64,000 bases of DNA from Callorhinchus milii (Eukaryota), in the NCBI RefSeq assembly GCF_018977255.1, contig NW_024704743.1, positions 58,778,001 to 58,842,000 of the forward strand, read 5' to 3'. The position numbers and the translations under genes are program-made. The notes under the pieces were generated by a model. The model was not told where the DNA came from. It did no database searches and saw only the letters and a list, made by a program, of their open reading frames with translations. Shown one piece after another: positions 53,461 through 64,000 of this stretch (positions are counted from its first letter, which is position 1; every line of letters begins with the position of its first letter).

Positions 53461-55446
53461 TTCATTTTTGCTCCAAATGTTTTATGACACATTATTAAAT
53501 GCCTATTAGAAATTCATACACAAAACATTGCCTGCATTTCTTTTTACATATTTGAAGCAAGCCGATTTTGATTCACCCACGACTTTTTCACTAATTTGAT
53601 CCCTTGTTATGGATTTGTAACTGATTTGACACCAGCTCTATAGTTTTCCAATTTAACCTTCTTCCTCTTCTTGAACATGGTTTGGCCATTATTTGGTTTT
53701 ACTGTGTTTGCAAAGATGAGGTGGTTACTTGGGATACTATTGTAGATTTTAAGAACTGTTGAAAACCCACTTCCAAATTGAGTTAATTTAGGAATTTTTC
53801 AAAATCCTGCCCCATCTTCAATTTTAAGGCAATGATTCTAGAACCATGAGAGATTTGGGATTTCGAATGTTCTATGGATTTTGTAGTCATAAAGTTACCA
53901 CTTGATTTCAGATCATTTGTTTCAGAATTTACTTTAATGCTCATTCCTAACCTGGTCTGAATTTGTTCACTGCTGAAGACTGTGTAAACAATGTTGTCAT
54001 TGCCATTGGCTGTGTTTTTCAGTTATAATCTTCTCTAGTGCTTAAATTTCTATTTGCTGCAAATTTGCCTCTATGCAGTATTGTATTTTGGACTTCAAAA
54101 GGTTCAATTGCTTTGTTGCAAAAAAAAACTTTAGGCAATATTGCCACTTTTCATTTACTCGCACATTGTTTGAACAGGCTCAAAGATTGGAAACAGTCAG
54201 CAAATTCCAAATCAACCATATTCCCATCAATGGATTGAGCTTTTATTGTGATGGAGTGTATTAATAATTAATGGTATGATTGTAGTGTGGAACAGATGTG
54301 GATCTCAAACACTTATAGAATCTTAACTCAGTGGACCATGCCAAAATGTGTTCATTCCTAGATTAGTGGAATAAGAACAAGCTAATGAGCATTTTTGGTA
54401 GTTAAATAGAGAAGAAAGTGAATAATACAATTTACTTCATTAATGAGGTTTAATTATTTTCTTAAGCTTTTATTTTTGAATTGCACAGGAATTGCAATGT
54501 GCAAAGATCGTAAAGGGATAAACAAGCAAAGACTTTTTCTTTTTTTTTAACTTGCGAGGAAAATGTATATCCAGAGCAGGGATTGCACCATTAAGCATCT
54601 TGTACTTTGGGTGGGATTTGGTGTTTACAACTAGTCTGTGTGGAATGATTTGTGCCCTCCAGTGGCTACACCTGGTTTTGCTTTTTCCTTTCACAAATCT
54701 GCACATGGAATACTGCACCATGCCTCCTCCTGGATTCTCATCACATCATGATCCAGAATTTTTTAAAATCGTATTTTTTCATGGCAATTCAGCGCATAAA
54801 TGCCATCATTGATAGTGCTGCATGTACTCTGTCTGGTCTATTGGAGGGACAAAGCTTGCATTTGGTTAACTCTCAGGTCTTATGGACAGCTCCTTTATGG
54901 AAACAACCTTGTCAGTCAATTATTTTAAACTAGAGACTGATTATCTCCAGTGGCTAGTTGGGCACAGGTCCTCCTGGACCTCAGAGTGGCTGTGGCTGGT
55001 GTTGGGAATGCATGATTAGATGCATCTCAGAGGCTTCTGGTCTATTGGAGGGCGTGCACTGCTCCCCCCACCCCCCTGGCTCGGAGTCGGGCTCTGCCAC
55101 TTTTAAGCAGTCTGAGACGCTATCCTGCATAGAGGGCGCTATATAAGTGCAGGTTGTTGTTGTTGCTGAGCACCAGTCACAGGGTAGGGCAGGAGACCTC
55201 TGCAATGCAAGATGCCATTCTATAGGACGAGTTATCTGATCAATTTTACATTGAAAGTACTTACTCGAATTTCTAGAATGCAATTGTTAAATGTTAAGTG
55301 GAGTGACAAGTAATTCGGAATCCCTTATCAACACTTTGCATGGGAAGTGGCCGGGATATTGACAGCGGGGCTGCTTAAGTGGTAGTGACAAGTTAAGCCA
55401 TGGTTTTGTTATCAGGAGTTGACTATACATTCTTGTTTATTTACAG

Positions 55447-55519
55447 ATATTCCAATCCATTCAGAGAACATGCATGGAACTTCTGAAGGTCATTGATCAG
55501 TACCAGAAACGGATTTGTT
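55447..55519 (+). CDS. ICA1: ICA1 coding exon (IFQSIQRTCMELLKVIDQYQKRIC)
   Basis: ttttacag acceptor, gtatgt donor, 73 nt. In frame with neighbouring exons and matches ICA69 F.SIQRTC...YQKRIC. Confidence 0.95.
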
Positions 55520-56579
55520 GTATGTATCTAACATGTTTTATACATCAAACAACATATTTTTAACAATTTGCTGTTCTTTTCTACTTTTCCCTGGCTTCAC
55601 AATATTGATTATTTCAGGAATCACTTAAAAAAAAGATAGTTTGGGCAAAACTGAACATCTTAATTTATAATAGTCAAGGGAGAGGTGATGGATTTTGGCA
55701 AGGACAGGATCATTGTTAGCTATGATGCTTCCTATATTTGGATGAGCTAGGAAGAGCATCCAAAGGACAACCTACTTGGTAGAAAAAAAGTAATTTTGAA
55801 GTACAGTGCAGCCACAGTTGCTTTAAGCTTCACATTAGTAGCCAAAGGAAATGTTTGATGCTGCACTTCAAAGCCTGTTTGATGAAGTTTTTTGAATATT
55901 TTTATTTTAATATTTTAATATTGTAATATTTTGAACTTGCACAAACAATACAAAAATACATCATCTATGATTTTTTAGCAAGATCACACTCATGGTGTTT
56001 GCACTGCCCAGTTCAATCTGCTATATTTCAACACAAACATCGACTTTGTGTAATTAGGGTAATTAAAATTTACAGTGCACGATTTTAATTGTGTGATGTT
56101 GATTTCAAAAAGTAATCTTTTTGCTGTTATGGTTGAAATTGTTCCTTTAAATTATTGCCCTTTGTGTACTGACTTGTGTAATGTGCATAATCGCTCTGAT
56201 AGCTACCCTGCATGGAGGGCACTGTATCAGTGCAAATTGTTTTTGCTGGTGTTGTTATGTGTATGATGAATATGGTAATCCATGCCCAGTTTCATGAATG
56301 GTCTGCCTTACAGAAATTATGTTGCAACAGTTAGAAAGGCAGAAACAGAGTGAATGGTATTTCACCAGTTCCCTGCAGAAAGCATACATCTTTCCTCTTG
56401 AGTATAGAATTACACGGGTACCAGAAGTGAGATAAGGAGGATTTATTTCCTGCACTCCCAACTGAGGGAAGATGGGCACACTCAACACTTCAGCTCACTC
56501 GATTCTGTGACAGACACCTTAAGACAAAATCAACAACTGCAAGGACTAGAGAATTTTTCAGCTCTTTGTCTTGCTTTGA

Positions 56580-56819
<240 letters not shown>

Positions 56820-56886
56820 TAGTATGAGGGTCTCACTGAATGGAAGGATAAGTAGTTTGCCTGTATGGGCTGGGAGGGGAAGAGGG

Positions 56887-57262
56887 AATAATAAAATAAT
56901 AATAATCCTTGCATTTGATATAGCGACTTATCACGTCTTCGACACGTCTAAAAGTGCTACAAAAAGTATACGGTAAAGTGAATTGATTGTATATTTTGTA
57001 GGCAAAATGCAGCAGCCAATTGTGCACAGCAGTGAGCCACAAGCAGTCATAGATTGAGTGAACAATTTATTATTATTCTTTTTGAAGGAATTATTACCCC
57101 CCAGAAAAGCAATTCGCCAATTGACTAACAACCGGGTTTCTACTTACTGCTAGGTAAACAGAGGTGTGTGGAGTAAGGAACTTGCCCAACGTTTTGCCTT
57201 ACCGGGAATCAAACTCAGGTCTCTCGCTTGCGAGACGAGTGCTCTAACCACTGAGCTACAGG
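56887..57262 (-). mobile_element. Young tRNA SINE, long form, antisense within the 605-bp ICA1 intron
   Basis: Reverse complement of the 48897-type copy. Confidence 0.9.
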
Positions 57263-57283
57263 GATGTTACTGCTTGTCTTTAG

Positions 57284-57586
<303 letters not shown>

Positions 57587-59130
57587 TGAAATGTTTAGAG
57601 CAAAGTGAGATTCCGAATGTCTGATCCGATCTCCTCAATGATTTTTATTTGCACTTTTTAAATTTTTATTATTTGTGCACCGTTTGCCACAGTTGGTGAA
57701 ACAATTCCCTGATGGTGCAAAATGTTACTGTTGATTAATGTTTCTGATTTGTTTTGTTGTCATTACCTGATAGTGGTATGTCTGGCAAAGGAAGTAAATC
57801 AAATTTACTTTGGTAATTTCAAGCATTTCAATAATGCCTCTAATCCCTCAGTAGTGATGATCAACCAAGTGGATCAATGAAACTTCATTAAATTGTGATT
57901 TAGAAAGTTCACTCATCAAAGTGTTAAATAATGAGGGAAAATCAACACAGCACCAAAACAGCTCTGTAGTGCAATGAGATTCAGTCAAAACATAGGGTTG
58001 TATTTTTTTTAAAAATCTGACTAACTTTAACACACAATGTATTTTCAGTATAGTACACAAACATTTTTGGAAAAAGGTGGAAAGCGTTTGATATGAGTGG
58101 TGCCCTTGTAGTCTGTCTCCCTGTTTATTATTACAGCCTCTTACTTTGGACCATGTGAGTGAAGTGGCTGCCCTGCAGCAAAACCCGCAATTCTTAAGCA
58201 AAGAGTGTGCTTGCAATCCAGGGCCCCTTCCCATTCAATCTGCTGACCCAGTGTGAATTGATCTCTGAAACAATTCCTGCCCTATTAGTGTTTGAATGGG
58301 AATATCTGGGCTGGATGTTAATCTCCAGCCAAGAAGGGTTACACAGGCAAGTAAATGGGTCAGAATTCTACAGGCTTGGCTTTAATATTACAAATTCTCA
58401 CTTTTTCTGAAAAATCTGAAATTATTTAGTGTATCTCTGAAATGACTCCGTCTCAAATATTTTGGATATGTGCAAGTTCACTGTAATTTCCTTACTCTTC
58501 TCACTTGACTATCGTAGTTCACATATTTCTCGTTTTTTTCTAGTTGTATTCTTAAGATCTTTTACTCATTGGAGGGTAATCCAGAAAATAGTTTGTTTTC
58601 CCCTTCACCCTCGCTCTTAAACAAAAAAGCACCCACTATCCACCGTAGGGAGAAGGAGAGCAAAGAGTGGGATCTCTTTGGAGCTGTGTTCACTCCAAGA
58701 TGACATTATTAAGTTGTTCACTTCCCCTTTCTCTTAAAGCATAAGTTTCAAAATGGATTGTTAAATTATCTCAAACATAATGGTGTGAGGAGACGGCACA
58801 TATTGGCATCCAGCTTGTTATTGGAGGCTCGTGGCTGAGCTCCATTTCTATATCATGTCTGTGTTTAGGAGTGTGTTTAGGTGTCTCTCTTTGTCTTTCT
58901 CTGTGTGTCTCTCTGTGCGTGTGTGTGTGTACATAGTACACAATATAATAGTAGTTGGGATCCATAAAATCCCAGTGATAAGCTGCCGTCCAGTTCGGCA
59001 ACCGTTGGGTCATCAGGCCTTCACTTCCTGAGTGTTGCATGTGACTCGATGACCCAGAAGGCGACCAATTTTTAACGCAAGAGAAATGGGTCAGTGTTTT
59101 GAAGCCGCTTTCTATGAGCATTTTTAAATT

Positions 59131-59359
59131 TTCCTTACTCCACACGCCTAATAATAATCCCTCCAAAAAACAAAACCAATAATAAATTGGTCATTTTCAA
59201 TTCACGACTGTTTGTGGGACACTGCTGTGCGCAATTGGCTGCAGCACTTCGCCCACAAATATACAGTCAATTCATTTTACAGTCTATTCTGTGAAGCAAT
59301 TTGAGATGTCTGGAAGACGTGAAAAGCGAGTTATATCAAATGCAAGGATTATTATTATT
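59131..59359 (+). mobile_element. 5'-truncated young SINE, short form
   Basis: Begins at TTCCTTACTCCACAC, with the same body and tail. Confidence 0.88.
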
Positions 59360-59465
59360 TATATTGAGTGAATGTTGGTATCTGCTTCTACAACACTTAA
59401 ATAAGCATGTTCCAAACGGGGTACCACTGTATATTCTGTACAGTCGTGTGTAGTTTAGCCTTACA

Positions 59466-59777
59466 GGAGTCCTGTAGTTCAGTGCTTAGAGCACTCGCTT
59501 TGCAAGCATGAGACCTGGGTTCGATTCTCAACAGGGTGAAACCTTGGGCAAGTTTCCTTTCTCCACACGCCTGATAATAATCCCTTAAGAAAAAAAACAA
59601 TAATAAATTGGTCACTTCAATCCACGACTGTTTGTGGGACACTGCTGTGCGCAATTGGCTGCTACATTTCGCCCATAAATATACAGTCAATTCACTTTAC
59701 AGTTTATTTTGTGAAGCACTTTGAGATGTCTAGAAGACGTGAAAAGCGCTATATCAAATGCAAGGATTATTATTATT
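59466..59777 (+). mobile_element. Young tRNA SINE, short form
   Basis: Same head, body and tail as the 36059 copy. Confidence 0.9.
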
Positions 59778-61749
59778 AATGGAATATTGGAATCAAATTG
59801 GCATTCTTTGGCAGTCTTAATAATCTAGTTCCTGAGTCAAGCAGATCCACAATACTCCAAAGCACAGTTGTACTTGGAGGAACAGGCCAGTCAAAGGGAG
59901 GTGAGATTCTTCATACTCAGCTCCAGTTAACCTCACAAGCCAAAGCTGTAAAAGGTAGGGACTCCCAGCTGCAGAAGTAGCGGGAAGTTTGCCAGTGTTT
60001 GCAGAATTTTAGTTAGTTAAATTCCCCAAAGCTTGGTTTTTGCCGACCTGCACTTGAACTTCCTTGTGATTAGATAAGCAGATTGCGTCCCTCCACGGAG
60101 AGAATGCGGATCCTGTTCAAGAAAATTTGAAACCATACATGTGTGAAACTCAGCAGTTTTAGTTTGTAGACCCTTCAGCATGGTGATGTTTCCATGTTAA
60201 ACACCCATTTAAAAAAAAACTATGAATACATGCAATTTAAGAATGTTGTTCAAATATCTACATGGAATGGAATTCCAGCAAGATGTACATTTAAGTAAAA
60301 ATAAAAATTGTTTGCATTCAATCATTTGCAAAAATTGTATTGCAATTTATCAAAGTGACTGTTCTCTTCACTTTAACTGCTGTTAAATATTGTCACATGA
60401 TGGCGCTGTTCTACCGGGAAAAGTCCTTTTTTCCTACCAGCTAGAAGTTGAATCTTGAATTATGACTACACAGAAAGTGGCTTAACCATGGTACAGAAAT
60501 CCATCTTTTTTTGTGATCAAATTGAACCACTCTTAATTATAATCAGCCACCATTTTGTATAATAGAGCACTACTGGAAAACGTTTTTGATAAAAGTTTTG
60601 AAAGCGAGCAAGGTGAATTTGCTTAATTTATTTTTCACTCAGATGGTTGCTTTCATTATTATGTGGGCCAATAGCTTAATTAGTGGAGTAGAGAAAATCA
60701 ATAACTTTCATTGTAACAAATCAGAAGAAAGCAAACAGCTAGAAACCTTCAACTTATTTTTCTTTCAAATGCTGACTGACCTGTGTACATTGTCTACTGT
60801 TTGCTGACATTATTTCAGATTTACGGCATCCTATTTTGTTTTATCTTTGAAAATATTATCGGAAGTGGAAGGATTGACTTCCTTCTGTTACGTTCCAGGG
60901 GTCAAATTCTTCAGTTCATCAAAAAAATCAGAGTTAGAAGTAGGATTGTCAGTCTATTGACCTAATAACTAGAATAATCCTTGCATTTGATATGGTGCCT
61001 TATCATGTCTTCAAGACAGAATATACTGTAAAGTGAATTGACTGTATTTTGTGGGGGAAACTATGCACCCAGAACACCATTGGTGCAATCCAGGAAGGGA
61101 GTTAGATACTTTTGTTGTTGACATTCAATTAAGACAGAACTGGGAAAGGTTGGGCAACAGTTTCCCTGTTAACCCTCAATGTTATTAATAATACTTTCAT
61201 TTAAGACTTTTCAAAGCACTTCACAGGATTTTACTTGAAGTGCAATGATTGCATTTTTAGGTGAATATAACAGTCAATTTGCACCAATGCCCTATAAAAA
61301 GTCAATGAAATTAATTACCAATTTTGTTTGCGAGAACACTGTGAGAAACTCCCTTTTCTTTTCGAACATTGCTATAGGATCTTTCACCATTAAATCCCTC
61401 CATGGTCTTGCCCCACCCTACCTTTGCGACCTTCTCAAATGTTGCATCCCACCCACTCCCTCTGCCCGGCAGCCACCGACCTATTTCACGTCCTGACCCT
61501 AACAGCCCTGCCATCAGCATAGGGTTGGGATTCATCATATCTGCTCCCACTTCACCTGGAACTTCATCTCAGAGTCCCTCCATCCATCTCTCATTGGGGA
61601 GGGACGTGTGTCCGAGATGTTGGCAGGAAGGTAGTGGCAATGGTTTTGCGTATTTCATCCTGAGCTGTGTTGCCCACCAGGAAACTCGCAGGGAGTTCCT
61701 GGTACCTGCCATCCACCTAGTGAGGGCTCAAAACGCACACTTGTCAGAT

Positions 61750-62450
61750 GTCAAATAACCAACTAGTGACTATCGTTTGGGTGGGGGGGGGGGAATGTGA
61801 GTAGGGGCTCTTTGGAGCTGAACTGGGTCTAAGGTGACTTGTTGCACAATAAAATCAAGCCCACCTTCTGTCGTGGTCTTGGTTGTCCAGTTCCTGAGCC
61901 GGTCGGTTCTGCAGTATTCCGGGGCACTGCTGATGACAGCCCAGTCAGCCTGGTTCATCGACTCCACTTGGAAGGACAGACCAGTCACTGGGGCTCAGCA
62001 CTCGGCTCCTGTTAACCCTGCAAGCCAAAGCCCTAACAGGTATCGTAGTCCTGGCTGGACATGTAGTGGCAAAGCTTGGCAGTCAGTGCTTTAAAGGCAA
62101 GCTATGCGGTTTTGGCGCATAGCGCAAAGCAGTCTGAAACGCTAGCCTGCACGAGGAGGCGGACTATATAAATGCAAATTGTTGTTGTTTTAACTGGTTA
62201 GACTCCAGCACTATCCCCAACGAACATTCTGGGCTCGACAAGTCTTGGCTCTTACCAACCTGCGCCTAATAGTCTCTGGATTTAGGTAAGAAGGGCGCAT
62301 CTCTTCAGGAAGAGAGTGCACATTCGATTCCAATAAATCTTTCTGGAATTTCCATGTGTAGGTGTGATGCATAGAGCTCTGTTTGGTTTTATAGATTTCA
62401 GCACGCTGATGGGTTTCCACATTTGTCAGACACCCGGCTTGACTAACAAA
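61750..62450 (+). repeat. Unclassified interspersed repeat of about 600-700 bp (other copies about 19178-19770, 28965-30415 interrupted, 59865-60205)
   Basis: Shared blocks ATAACCAACTAGTGACTAT, GCACTGCTGATGACAGC, CTCCTGTTAACCCTGCAAGCCAAAGC, GGGTTTCCACAT..GACACCCGGC. Confidence 0.8.
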
Positions 62451-62689
62451 TAATTCTCTTTGCCACACCTTTGGTCATCTTTCCCCCTACCTGCCTCGGC
62501 TTCAACCCCTGGACTATCCAGCACCTTCAGTCATGATACTATATACACTACATGACACTATGTAAATGTAAATTTGTTGTTGTTTAACGTCACCTGAACA
62601 GATGAACAAAGAATCCTATAATCTGTGCCAGAAGATGAAATCTGCCAAAGGGGTTCTGCAACATTTCAATTGCTCCAGGTCATGCCAGG

Positions 62690-63075
62690 CTGGTGGCACT
62701 CATCTCTGAGTTAGAAGGTAGTGGATTTAAGCCTCTTGTCAAGACTAGGAATTCATGTAGTCTAAGATGACACTCCAGTGCAGTGCTGCATTGATGGAGG
62801 TGCAGTTCTTTGGATGAAAAATTAAACCAAGGTCCCGTCTGTCTGTTCAACTGGACGCTAAAGATCCTGTGGCACTATTCGAAAAGAGAAGGGAGTTTCT
62901 CTTGGCATCCTGACCAACATTCTCCCAAATAAAATTAGTCATTCACTCCGTGGTTGTTTGTGGGACATTGTTTGTGCAAATTAACAGTCGCATTTGCCCA
63001 CAAAACATTATCTCCACTTTACAATTCCTCCTGTTAAGTGCTTTGTCTTCCTGGTGTGCAAGGTGCTATACCTTG
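62690..63075 (+). mobile_element. Older Deu-domain SINE (SacSINE1/AmnSINE1-like); other copies at about 21970-22185 +, 22300-22400 -, 23760-24040 +, 33210-33510 -, 34400-34530 +, 46865-47280 +, 48345-48895 -
   Basis: GACACTCCAGTGCAGTGCTGCA..GGAGGTGC..GGATGA..TTAAACCAAGGTCCCGTCTG..AAAGATCC..TGGCACTATTCGAAAAGAGAAGGGAGTT resembles the Deu core as recalled. Confidence 0.75.
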
Positions 63076-63398
63076 GTGGAGTCCTGTAGCTCAGTGGTTA
63101 GAGCACTCGCTTTGCAAGCGAGAGACCTGAGTTCAATTCCAGGCAGGGCGAAACCTTGGGCAAGTTTCCTTACTCCACACAGAGCCTAATAATAATCCCT
63201 CCAAAACCAAAAACAATAATTAAATTGGTCATTTTCAATCTATGACTGTTTGTGGGACATTGCTGTGCGCAATTGGCTGCCGCGTTCGCCCACAAATATA
63301 CAGTCAACTCACTTTACAGTATATTCTGTGAAGCGCTTTGGGACGTCCTCCCGACGTGAAAAGCGCTATATCAAATGCAAGGATTATTATTATTATTA
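63076..63398 (+). mobile_element. Full-length young tRNA SINE, short form, inserted in the tail of an older SINE
   Basis: Highly similar to 36059-36379. Confidence 0.92.
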
Positions 63399-63424
63399 CC
63401 TGATGCATCAATTATTATTATATT

Positions 63425-64000
63425 GGTCTGCAGAATGTCCGCTGATTAACCAACAAGTCCCTTACAATTCATGACCTCACAGTCGAGAAAATATCGACAT
63501 CCTCGCCGAAACCTGGGTCATCCCAGGCGACACCTTCCCACTAGTTGAGGCCATACCTCCAGGTTACACCTTTCACCAAACCCCACGGCCTAATCGCCGT
63601 GGCGGTGGTGTGGCTCTCATCTCCCGGTCCCACCTCGGCCTTTCCCCTTACTCCTCCGGAACCTTCCCGTCTACCACCCCTCCAGGCTTTCCTTCAAAAT
63701 CCCCCTTGTTTACCGTCCCCCCCAAGCCTTCCCCCATCTTCCTCTCGAACGTCTCCACCCTCCTATCTTCATCTCCCTCTGCTCTGAACGCCTCCTTATC
63801 TTAGACAACTTCAACCTCCACTTCACCCCCTCCCTCAACCTCTCCCTCCTCATCCACTCCCCCACCGCCTTGACCTGGTGATGACCCGGGGCCTCACAGT
63901 CTCGGACATCACCATCATCGATAAAGCCATCTCGGACCACTTCATCTCCCTCAAAGACCTCAGTACCCCTTCCCAACCCTCCACCATTACATGCCGTCCA
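63425..64000 (+). mobile_element. L2-clade LINE ORF2 AP-endonuclease fragment, runs off the window
   Basis: Translation IDILAETWVIPGDTFPLVEAIPPGYTFHQTPRPNRRGGGVALI, later DNFNLH and ISDH, are APE-domain motifs. Confidence 0.85.

Noticed and set aside
63078..63150. tRNA-Ala(TGC) gene (also 36061, 59466)
   Set aside because: Imperfect acceptor and T stems, and each runs into an identical SINE body and tail. These are SINE heads.

Overview
Vertebrate nuclear DNA, most likely from a cartilaginous fish (inferred from the Deu-type tRNA SINEs, L2/CR1 LINE relics and a shark-type Penelope/hammerhead relic). Two genes lie head-to-head. On the minus strand is the 5' end of NXPH1 (neurexophilin-1): the 54-nt signal-peptide coding segment at 11832-11885, a probable non-coding exon 1 ending at 13437, and a large intron running off the left edge. 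On the plus strand is the 5' half of ICA1 (ICA69, Arfaptin-homology/BAR domain), with five coding exons between 48069 and 57532 and the rest beyond the right edge. The NXPH1 side (1-16.4 kb) is CpG-rich and nearly transposon-free. The intergenic region and ICA1 introns are dense with nested SINE/LINE debris. Each promoter is bordered on its intergenic side by a strand-asymmetric tandem array: about 0.94 kb of ACTAAC/ACTAGC at NXPH1 and about 8.4 kb of a G-rich (GGGCA)n-type satellite directly abutting the ICA1 CpG island. All long ORFs at 37-45.5 kb are artefacts of that satellite. The most notable oddities are the satellite, a 69-bp near-perfect non-TE duplication in the NXPH1 intron, stacked in-frame uORFs in the NXPH1 leader, and two hammerhead-like RNA motifs. 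I cannot demonstrate a new biological system from sequence alone.
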